From Felis catus (Eukaryota), in NCBI RefSeq assembly GCF_018350175.1, contig NC_058368.1, positions 90,646,001-90,710,000 on the forward strand: a stretch of DNA of 64,000 bases, read 5' to 3'. Shown here in pieces: positions 11,972-22,165 of the stretch (within the stretch, counting starts at the first letter, position 1; the number at the start of each line of letters is the position of its first letter). Under the pieces are notes generated by a model. It worked only from the letters and a program-made list of their open reading frames with translations, did no database searches and was not told the DNA's origin. The position numbers were made by a program, and so were the translations under genes.

Positions 11972-13754
11972 TACTGTGCAGCCATTTAAATAGTTTATAT
12001 CTTGGGCGTCTGGGTGACTCAGTCAATTAAGTGTCCGACTCTTGATTTCGGCTCAGGTCACAATCTCATGGTTCATGGGTTCCAGCCTGGTGTTGGGCTC
12101 TGCTCTGTGTCAGTGCGGAGCCTGCTTGGAATTGTCTCTCCCTCCCTCTCTACCCCTACCCCACCATGCTCTCTCTCTCTCTCTCTCTCTCAAAATAAAT
12201 AAACTTAAGAAAAAAAAAAAAAAGATTTATATCTCAGGGCACCCGGGTGGCTCAGGGTTAAGCGTCGGACTCTTGATTTTGGCTCAGGTCATGATCTCAC
12301 TGTGAGTTTGAGCCTCCTGTGGGGATTTGCACTGTCAATGCAGAGCCTGCTTGGGATTCTGTCTTTCCCTCTCTCTCTGCCCCCTTCCTGCCCACCCTCC
12401 TGTGCATGTGTGCACTGTCAAAATGAATAAAATAAGCTAAAAGTAAGTAAATAAATGGTTTATATCTCTACTGACATTGAGAGCTATGTGGGACATAGTG
12501 TGAAATAAACAAAATTACAAAATGGTGTGTCTGGAATAATCATATTTTGGTTGAACAAAAGTCCAAATACCTTTAATAAAAGATATAAACATACACCCCC
12601 TATTCTTGTGCTGGAAGGATAGATATCAAAATGTAACACTGTATTACTCTCTGAATATGGGATTATGTGTGAAGTTTTGTTTCTTTTCAAATACTTGTCT
12701 GTATTTTTTGAAAAATTTTCAACATACAAAAACAATAAAACTATTGGGGAAGAAAGGGGGGAGAGGTTATAAGAAAAAAAACAAAACAAGAACAAGCTGA
12801 CCTGGGTATAGAGGGATTAGAGGAAGCTTTAGATTCTTCAGATCCAAACTTGTGGCAGGAAGAAGGCTGGGCATTGGCCCAACCACAGCTACAGATGCTC
12901 TGAACAGGGGTGGAGGTCAGGATGGGTCGGGGTGTCTCTCCCCGTCACACATCTATTGTCACTGCCACCAGGAGCGTAGGGCTCAACTCTGGTCACCTGC
13001 TCCCATAAGCAAGAAAGCCTCCCAAGAGGGCTGTCTCACCCATCAGGGCACTCTGATCTGTGCTGCCTGCTTTCATTTGCACCCCATTGTATCATCTCAC
13101 TTCCCAAATCTCTCCTGACTCTACCTTCCTAGTCCCCATCCAACCTTTGGGACTTTGCTCACTGTTTTTGCTGTCTCCACTGTTGGCCCCTTCTAAACTT
13201 ATGACCTGGATGGCTGCTAGATTGCTCTTTCTCTAAGCTGGGCCCAATCATTTCAGTACACTGCTTAAAAACCTCCAATGGCTTTTTTTTTTTTTTTTTT
13301 TTTTTTTTAGTTTATTTATTTATTTTGAGAGAGAGAGACAGAGACAGAGAATCCCAAGTAGGCTCCACACTGTCAGTGCAGAGCCTGACATGGGACTCGA
13401 ACCCACGAACTGTGGAGATCGTGACTTGAGCCGAAATCAAGAGTCAAAATGCTTCACTGCGCTACCCAGGCAGCCCTCTGATGGCTTTCCAAGGTTCCAG
13501 ACACAAAAGACAAACCCTTTTGCAGGACACCGATGGCCTGGAAACTGAGCCCAGCCTCTACCTTCATTTCATGTGCCTCTGTGCCTTGGCCAAGACTTCC
13601 CCTTCCCCGGGGGGCTTCCCCCTCTGCCCCAGCCTTCCAGTAGACACCCTCTACCATTTGCCCCTTTCTTCGGCTCAGCCCATGTCCTCAGGTCTTATGG
13701 AAAATCCCTGGCCCAAAGAAGGCATTCCACTTAGAGCCAAGATTCCTATTTTAC

Positions 13755-13878
13755 CTGAGAATCCAAGTCTTCTCCTTTTAAGCAGAGATTGGCATCGAGA
13801 ACATTGAGTCCCACCAGCAGACCCACAATCACCATCCCTTCCTCTTCCATCATCAATGCCTCAGGCTCATAGAACTCA
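13755..13878 (-). CDS. RUFY1: RUFY1 coding exon 5 (end of RUN domain)
   Basis: Acceptor TCAATCTCTTTCAG|T, donor TCAG|GTAAAA. 124 nt, phase 2-0. Encodes [42 protein letters not shown]. Confidence 0.97.
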
Positions 13879-14497
13879 CTGAAAGAGATTGACACAGCAG
13901 GGGGCTTCTTAGGAAGGGATGTTCACCACCCCATCTCCCTGACCTGCACCCCTTTTTATCTCCCAGCTGACAGCTGGGCTGCCGGCTTCACCAGAAGCCA
14001 GAAACTCCCTGGTGTCCATTTCCTCCTGCCCCCACCTGCTTCAAGTGCTGCTATTTCTTCTCTGGCCTCTCTTCTCTTCCTGTGGTTGAGAATGGGCTCC
14101 TCCCACCTCTAGTCTAAGGCTGACTCCTCCATCTGGACCCTGGACCCTGGTCCTTCTCACCTCCTCTTGGCTCTTCTGTTCCTGACCATCACTCTGCCCT
14201 TCCTTTCTCTGCTGGCTCCTTTTTCCGCACTGTGAGGAACTATTTCTACACTCATGTTAGCCGGAAGCAGGTTTCCACACCCCCCACATCCAAGAATAAA
14301 ACCCTTCCCTCTTCCCTGTGTCCCACGGAGCAACACTGGATGCTTTTACTTACCTCCCGAGTCACCTCAGCCATTCATAGTGGGGCCCTATCCCCTGTCT
14401 ACTACTGCTCCTGGTCACCAGTGATGTGCTAGTTTACCAGCTGTGTGTGTGTGTGTGAGTGCATGAGAACTTATCATCTTAAGAATTAGTTCGTTAG

Positions 14498-14679
14498 GTC
14501 ATAGGGATGAAAGGTCCAGCATAGGGAATAGTCAATGGTGCTGTGGTAACTCTGCACGGCGACAGAGGGTAACTACACTTGTGGTGAGTACAGCATCATG
14601 GTGTAGACTTGTGGAATCATGATGTTGCACACCTGAAACTATGTAACGTGTGTTAACTATAAGTCAATTAAAAAAAAAA
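14498..14679 (+). mobile_element. 5'-truncated carnivore L1 3' end
   Basis: L1 3'UTR motif ACACCTGAAACT plus poly(A). 17-bp TSD AAGAATTAGTTC(G/A)TTAG at 14481-14497 and 14680-14696. Confidence 0.8.
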
Positions 14680-15731
14680 AAGAATTAGTTCATTAGAACA
14701 AAATCTGTACCTCGAAGCTACTCAGTGTGACTTTACTCAAAGTGCAAAGTATGTGAAGTATTTAAAAGTGCATTTATCATGTTAAAGATATAATCAATAA
14801 TAAGCCATGACTTAAAATGTGGAAAATTTTGAGTGGCAGGCCATACTATAAAAGCTACTTTCAACTCAATTAGACGAAAAGATTAACTCTAGAGAGATTC
14901 TTCCCTTATAAATGCTCATGTTCTAGAGAAAATTCCTTTTATGAAGATATTTTTGTTTACATACGTTTATATGTACATATTTTATAAATTTATATTTATA
15001 TATTTATAAATATCAAAAATGAACCAGTCTTGGGCACCTGGTGACTCAGTCGGTTAAGCATCCTACTCTTGAATTTCAGCTCAGGTCATGATCTCATGGT
15101 TTGTGAGATCAAGCCCCATGTTGGGCTCTGACAGTGCGGAGCCTCCTTGGGACTCTCTCCCTCTCTCTCTCTGCCCCTCCCCTGCTCTCTCTCTTTATCT
15201 CAAAATAAATAAACATTAAAAAAAAAAATGAACCAGTCATAAATTTCAGAGACAGCCAGTTAGTCATTACTGACGCTAAGAGATATAAAATTTTACAAAC
15301 TGGATATGGAATCCTAAGATAGGTAATATCTTGAAAAAAGCAGGATTTTATACTTTAAAGTTGTTCACTGCATCTGGTTTTAAAGTCATTTTTTCCCTGT
15401 TATCAACAAGTCAAATAAATAACATTTTGTTGAAGCTTAACTGAGTAGGCTGTCAGTTACCTAATCATAGGGATTTTGAAGAATGAGTTTCGAAATGACT
15501 TTTCAAAATGAAAAGTAAGTATGACTCTTCATTCAAAAGGACTTTCAGATACCCGTGCTTACAAACTAAAATACTCTTTTAAAACTAAGCCACAGGAAAT
15601 TTATGATGAATAATAATTCAAATAAAAGCTGTGTATGTTGTATACTCGTTTCAATTCAAAACAATCTGCAGAACTATGTTCTAATTATTTACAGAGCGAA
15701 AGACAAGCAAAGATAGGAGGGAAAAAAATAC

Positions 15732-15833
15732 CTTAAGAGATGTTTATTGTCTATAAGCACTTTCAGATAATCTGCCAGTTTCTTTTGCATGAGTGCAAGA
15801 TAAAGCCATGCTCTGCCTCTTCCCACAGCTGTC
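15732..15833 (-). CDS. RUFY1: RUFY1 coding exon 4 (RUN domain)
   Basis: Acceptor ATTCTAG|G, donor TAAG|GTATTT. 102 nt, phase 2-2. Encodes [33 protein letters not shown], including the RUN motif GRGRAWL. Confidence 0.97.
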
Positions 15834-16368
15834 CTAGAATTCAGAGAATCAAACTGTTAAGGTGTTAACACCAAAAATCCCTCAAACCCCACTTTAAAGA
15901 GATACACATATTCACACATGTACATGCACATCAACATGAACACAGAGAACACTGTAAGAATAGTGGCTTTGGGGGTTGGGTGGAACATACGGTCTGCGGA
16001 AGCCCAGAAAACAGCTCTTTGGGTACAGTTTGAATTTTGTAGCGGATGGACATGTACTTTTTGTCTGGTTGGTTTTTTTTTTTTTTGATGCAAAAAGATG
16101 ATTTTATTAAAGCATGGGGACAGGACCCATGGGCAGGAAGAACTGCCTATTTTGACAAAAGAGTGAGAAAAAAACACTCTTAATCCTCAAAAATCTGATT
16201 TCTGGAACAAATACAATTAGGTAAACCTTTGCATATATTCACAAAATTTCACAGGGGGCCAGGAAATACCAGATTAGGTTTGTATGTCAGACATAGGTCA
16301 TGATGTCATGATGTGTGGGTTTGAGCTCTGCATCGGGCTCTGCGCTGGCAGTATTGAGCCCACTTGGG

Positions 16369-16404
<36 letters not shown>

Positions 16405-17669
16405 CCCCCCCCCCCCGCCTCACTTGCTTTCTCTATCTCAAAATGAATAAAACTTAAAAAAAAAAAAAAGAAAAAATTCTGGGTGACAAATCATACTGCA
16501 AAAGATATTTTCATTTATTTATTTGTTTGTTTATTTATGTGGGGGGGGGGAGGAGCAGAGTGAAGAGACAATCCTAAGCAGGCTCTATACCCAGTGTGGA
16601 GCCTGATGCGGGGCTCAGTCTCACAATTGTGAGATCATGACCTGAGGCCAAAATCAACACTCAGATGCTTAACCAACTGAGCCACCTAGGAGCTCTGATA
16701 TTTTTTCTTTTAAAAAAATTTTTTTTTTTTTGAGAGAGAGAGAGGGCAGGGGAGGGGCAGAGAGGAGGAGAGAGAATCCCAAGCAGGCTCCCCACTGTGA
16801 GTGCAAAGCCCAATGCAGGGCTCAAACCCACAAACTGTGAGATCATGACCTGAGCTGAAATCAAGAATCAGACGCTTAACAGACTGAGCCACCCAGGTGC
16901 CCCACCCTGGTATTTTCATTTTAGACAGGGGAACTGAATTTTGGATAGATTCCTCTCAGGATGCAAAAATTCATCCTACAAGTTTCAAACAACCTTAAAC
17001 AACCCCTTCCCCCCCAAAAAAAACCCACTAGTCATAACTTCCAAAATAATACCAAAATTTTAGAACTTTCATTACTATTTAATGAAATAGTTAAAAAAAA
17101 AAAAAAAAGTCCTTTCCCATGCAGCCCCCTGTGAGGCTACTCCTGGAGGCATCAAGGAAAGGGAACTATTGTATATTTCCTCTTTGGCAGACAGGGTAGG
17201 ATTTTGGTACCTAAGCCTGTTTAGCAGCCAGAGTTAATAGGGGAACAGAGTAGTGGGTTTAGCTGACAGTGAGCTCTTTGTTAGCATAAGGCTTCAAAAA
17301 TGCCTCCCATGCATAACTGGAAACAGAGGTCTGAGCGTAGGAGGGACTGTTCTACTCCGACCTGAACACGCTGGGACTTGGTCTAGCTGCTTCACTCCTG
17401 AGGGAGTAAGCTGGTCGGAAGGGGTGGGCAAACAGGACCACATAAGTATGAAGCAAAGCAGAAGACGAGGGAAGTGCATGACAGATCACCAAATACAGAT
17501 TTGAAGGTTGTCATGTACAAAAGGCTTTCACCTTCTGTGGTACGAGCCCAGAGGACTGAACTAGGGACAGGGACAGAGGCTTAAATTTCGTCTTGATAAG
17601 AATGCATAGGGTTCTGTAGCAATGGAGGTCAATGGGCTTTAGAAGGTTCCAAAGTCCTGCAGACCTGTG

Positions 17670-17875
17670 TTCTCTTCCTAGCTCTACTACTCACTTGCTA
17701 ACGGACCTTGGGCAGGTTACTTAGCTACTCAGTCTTAGTTTCTGTACTTAGCAGTGGGGATTCCAACAGCTTCCCCAGAGGCTTGTTGAGAGGGATTAAA
17801 TGAGATCCTGAAATGTCCTTAGCACAACTCCTGGCACATGGCAGGCCCTTAGTGAATGCTGGTTATTATCATTAT
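17670..17875 (+). mobile_element. MIR element (further MIR fragments near 18390-18490, 28680-29303, 46410-46600, 50670-50850)
   Basis: Core GACCTTGGGCAGGTTACTTA...GGATTAAATGAGAT...CCTGGCACATGGCAGG...TGCTGGTTATTAT. Confidence 0.75.
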
Positions 17876-18632
17876 CTCAAAATGGAACAGGCTAGGTCCT
17901 TAGAAGAAGCATCAGAGGCTGGACAGTCGTGTCCCCCTCTGGGAGACTGCAGGGTGCTCTTTTGTATCGGCCCAGGGATCTCTAGGTCCCTTTCTAGTTC
18001 CAAATTTCATGATGATGCCTTGTTTGTATTCTGTCCAGTTTTTTATTTTGAGCCTATGCATGGGGAATCCTGAGGCAAACCCAGACATGGCAAATGATTT
18101 GTCAGTCTCACCTTTTCACAAATGTCTCATGTCCCAGAATCGAAAATCTGGCCCGAACTACACTATTCAGAAAGGTGCCCAGATGTATCTGAAGCACGGA
18201 TTCCCAGGAGTGTAATGATGACTCCTTTTACTCCTGTAACCGCTCCTCAGGTGACAACACCTTTTCTTTTTTAAAGTAATCGCTACACCCAACATGGCGC
18301 TTGAACTCAAGAGTTGCATGCTCTACTGAGCCAGCCAGGTGCCCCACCTCATCTTTCAAACTACGTGACCTTGTGTGACAAGCAGGAATCTTTCAAACCC
18401 CATTTGAAAGATAAGGGAACTGAGGCTCAGGGAGGGGCAAATCTTGCTGAAGATCTTGAGGATTATGAGCATCAGGGCTGGAACTAAAGTTTAAGTAGAG
18501 TGTGGCTCATGCTACAATTTGTTCTGAATTAGAAAAAGTTTTATCAGCAAGTAGTTGAGAAACGGGTAAATACAAGGTTTTGTTTTTGTTTTTGTTTTTA
18601 ACATTAAGTCAGTGTAACTGCTTCTCACTCAC

Positions 18633-18750
18633 TTTAATTCTGGCAGATTTCTGACACTGGTGGCTATATCTGATGCTTCTGGACAAAGTTTCTCCACCAG
18701 CTCCAAAGGACCAAAGAAAGATTTATTTTGGCCAATAAAACTCTTCTTGA
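18633..18750 (-). CDS. RUFY1: RUFY1 coding exon 3 (RUN domain)
   Basis: Acceptor TTTTGTTTTCCCTTTTAG|TC, donor TTAAA|GTGAGT. 118 nt, phase 1-2. Encodes [40 protein letters not shown]. Confidence 0.97.
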
Positions 18751-19029
18751 CTAAAAGGGAAAACAAAAGTGTTATTTATAAGAACAGGTTGCAAAATGTC
18801 TTCAGGTGTCCACTGTCTCTCTCCCAAAAGCCAAACAGACAATGCACGACTCTACCACTTAATCCTGATTTAGTCTCAGGACTCAGATGCCAGGTAACAA
18901 ACGAGCTCTCCCTTCCTCTGGTGACAGGGTTTCTCTGATATCCCGACTATGTTCTTACTCCAAGTATTTACTGCCCATGAAATAAAACAAGTATCTCATA
19001 TCTGTATTGCTTGTAGAAAGCCTTCCCCT

Positions 19030-19985
19030 TTCTCCCTCCTACCTGATGTCAAAATCAATGCTCAAATTATCCCCACCGTCCCTCATCTGACCCGCTGCCA
19101 ATAATCTTCTAATGGGTCTTCTTGCTCCCAATACGGTCAGCTGCCCACCCTTACAATCTGTTCAAACACGTGGAAGTTGCTTTAAAAATGTAAGTCAGGT
19201 CATGTTTTCCCTTGCTTAAAATCCTCCAGATACAGTTGGAATAAAATCCGACTCCTCATGTGACCTATAAAGGTCTACACCATCCAGCCTCCCTCACCCC
19301 CCAATCTATTTCCCTGACCTCATCTCCCCGCACTCTCCCTCTGAGCCCTCTGGTATCTTCCTCAAACCAAGCTCGGTCTCACTCAAGACTTCTGCACCTG
19401 TTTTTTTCTCCCTCAGGAATGCTCTTGCCCCAAATCTCTGCACGGCTAACTCTCTTTTGGGTCTCAGCTCATAGTTCCCCAGCAAGGCCTTCCCCTCTCA
19501 CTCTAGTAGAAACCCATGTTGCTTCCTTGAATTTGTAGCATTTTGTAATTAAGTTTGTTTCTGCCTTTACTGTCTGGTCCTCTAGAACTGTGCTGTCAGA
19601 GGTAGTCAGTGGCCACATGTGCTACTGAGCACTTGAAGTGTAGCCAGTGCAATCGAGATGTAAAACACAGTGGGTTTTTAAGCCTTAGTATAAAAAAGAA
19701 TAATATAAAAATCTCATTAATAAGGCTTTTAAATATTGTGTGTAAAAATCATATTTTGGATATACTGGGGACAAAAAAGTATGTTCTTAAAATTAATTTC
19801 ACCTGTTTATTTTCACTTTTTTTTTTTTAAACGTGACTAGCAGAACAGTAAAAATTGCACATGTAGCTGACCTACCAGACAGTGCTGCTCTAAATGTCAC
19901 TTATTGAGGGCAGGGACGCTTGTCGGTTTTGTACACTGCTGTTATCCCAAGCACCAAGAACAATGTTTGGCACTGATGAATGCCT
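19030..19985 (+). mobile_element. L2 3' fragment containing a hAT-Charlie MITE (MER33/MER3-like, about 19587-19888)
   Basis: L2 motifs (CTTTAAAAATGTAAGTCAGGTCATG, GAGGGCAGGGAC...GTTTGGCAC). Inner element has GCCACATGTGCTACTGAGCACTTGAA and inverted ends TGCTGTC/GACAGTG. Confidence 0.65.
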
Positions 19986-20043
19986 GCTGAGCAAACAGCT
20001 AGCCCGAATTTCCACGCCCCCGAACGCCCCCCCTCAGGCTCAC

Positions 20044-20217
20044 CTTTCAGCCCGTGTTTGAGGCAGTGCTCCATCACTACGAAGAATTGCTGCAAGGGGG
20101 CATGGTCCGCATCCAGGCTGCGGCCCAGGCTCAGGGCAGACTGGAGCAAGACTTTGACGCTGAGTTTCATCATGTGCATCAAGTTGGCACGCTCCTCCAT
20201 CATCTGGCACTTGGAAG
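20044..20217 (-). CDS. RUFY1: RUFY1 coding exon 2 (start of RUN-domain region; contains the Met start of the short isoform)
   Basis: Acceptor TGTTTGTGCCCCAACAG|CT, donor AAAG|GTGAG. 174 nt, phase 1-1. Encodes [58 protein letters not shown] in frame with exon 1. Confidence 0.97.
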
Positions 20218-20299
20218 CTGTTGGGGCACAAACAGGGACAGCTTCGTTAGTGGGCTGAGTGTGTTCCCGGGTGAGGACTTTAGATGCAGGGCAATGGAT

Positions 20300-20720
20300 G
20301 GAAGATCGTCCAGGCGGGGCCAGGCAATCTGTTCTGAGCCCGGACGTGCGGGAGGACGGATAACTGGGTTTCGCAGTCAAACGGCCTCTGATCCCTGGAG
20401 GTCATAGATGCACCCGGGAAACCTAAGCCGCGGGTCAGTTTCCCGAGACCTTTCCCAGACAGCTCCGCGCGTTGCTAAGGCGACCGTCCTACTAAGACTT
20501 ACCGAGATTGGCCTTTCCCACACCCAGTATTCCATTTTTGACCAATGGAAGGGGGCAAACTCCAGGAAGCCCCGCCCCAAGATAGAAGGCGAGCTGGGGG
20601 AAAGCGTTCCGCCCCTGAACACTCCAATTGGACGAGCCCAGCTAGAGGCCACGCCCACGAAGCTCACGGGCGCCATTTTGCATCCTCTGCCGGAGTTCCC
20701 CTCGTCTTCAGCCTGTTCAG
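20300..20720. promoter_or_regulatory. Internal CpG-rich promoter in intron 1, just upstream of exon 2
   Basis: Local CpG enrichment. CCAAT boxes at 20507-20511 (ATTGG), 20542-20546 and 20624-20631 (CCAATTGG). GC boxes at 20569-20578 and 20609-20615, KLF-type CCACGCCC at 20649-20656, YY1 CGCCATTTTG at 20671-20680, RFX X-box GTTGCTAAGGCGAC at 20471-20484. Confidence 0.75.
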
Positions 20721-21759
20721 AAGGCCAACTGAACCGGCTCTTTTGTCCCATGGTGTCAGCCCAAGTGTCTTCGGGGAGGCCTCTGCCCCTCAGTTCCAGA
20801 CTCAAATTCTCGTTGTTGCCCGTCAACTGTTGCCCACAGCTACTGGACAATTACGAGTTTTGCATTTGTGGGTAAAACCGTTAGAATCAAAAGAACTGCT
20901 ACGTTTCCATTTCAGCTCCATTAACGTCGCTTTGTTTTGAGAGTAAAAAAAGGTTTGTTGGCTGTATCAGATATCCATGACAAATGTTTACCAGGTGTCC
21001 CCCTAATACCCAGGAACCTGTCATCCTGGAAATTAAAAATGTAGACTCCATGCTATTAACCGAGTCCTGGCAGAAAAAACAGAGCCGCGCGCGTCCCTCC
21101 TCACCATTTAGTCTTAAATATTTGACAACTGGATGGGCGAGGGAGTCGTATTATTTTAGTTTGTAGCTGTTGATTACCAATGAGGTTAAGTAGCTTTTCA
21201 TGTTTATCCTCTCCTAGTATTCTGTGAATTGCCTGCTAAATCTTTTACGTTTCTCGCTGAACTGTCTTATTGATCTGTATAAATTAATAGTGATATTAAT
21301 CTTTTATAGCTGTTTTATTTCACGGTCATTAATATGAACATAAAGATAGCTAAAAGAGCACATCATGTATAGCTTAAATTGAAAAGAACTACATAATGAA
21401 TTATGACCGTGAATTACTTTCAGAGAATCCTATGTATTATATTTATAAATTCGAAAACTTTAATGAACTGGATGATTGGCAAAGGAAATAAAAATGGTAA
21501 AACCTCATTAAGAGGAGGGAAGAACCCTGAGTGGAGCAATAAACATAGAAGCAATTTGTAAAGATTTACTGCTGAAGAAGGTACCACGCCCAGTTCTGTA
21601 AACCACACTGGACTTCTAATCACAATACATATCCAGGATTCCTGCGTGGGGCTACGCAAGCCCAGGAGCTTGAAGGAAATCCGTTTCCAGCTCAAGTGTG
21701 ACAGTTCCACAGGACAACCTGATTTGAAAGAGGGCTTCAAATACCTCCGTTCTGATCTT

Positions 21760-22165
21760 AGTACTTTCTAATTGAAGTTCTTTCCAGCTTATCTGTTACC
21801 TCTGGCAGAAGGATGCGTTCAGAAACCACCCCCTCAGGCAAAAAGGACTGCCCTGAGCCAGCAAGACCCCACGTGACTGACTCGAAGACCAGGATAGACT
21901 TGACCTTTACTGTCCACCTGTCTGTACTCACCGGCCTTTGTCCCACATTTTGCTTCTACAAATCTGTATTTTCAGCACTTTGTAAATCGCTTTTGAAAGG
22001 CTAGTCTACTGTCTTCCCAGTGTTGGCCTCATGGAAATAAATTCCTTTCTGCTTCACCACCCATTGTCTCTCTGCCTTTGGATTTTGTCAGTGGTGAGTG
22101 GCCGAACCTGGTGTGTTTTGAAACCCCGGAGGCCAGTGCTCTTGAACCTCTGTGCCCTGGATACA
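21760..22165 (+). mobile_element. ERV1-class solo LTR (MER34/MER39-like); boundaries approximate
   Basis: AATAAA followed by TTCCTTTCTGCTTCACCACC...GGTGAGTGGCCGAACCTG, resembling the MER34-group U5 end. Confidence 0.5.

Noticed and set aside
18624..18632. Tandem donor GTGAGTGAG after exon 3
   Set aside because: The proximal GTGAGT is consensus and keeps the frame. The +4 site would frameshift and has no support.
19901..20380. 159-aa ORF as a single-exon gene or N-terminally extended exon 2
   Set aside because: Only 20217-20044 is RUFY1-like and bounded by splice sites. The listed start is TTG and the flanks are intronic read-through.
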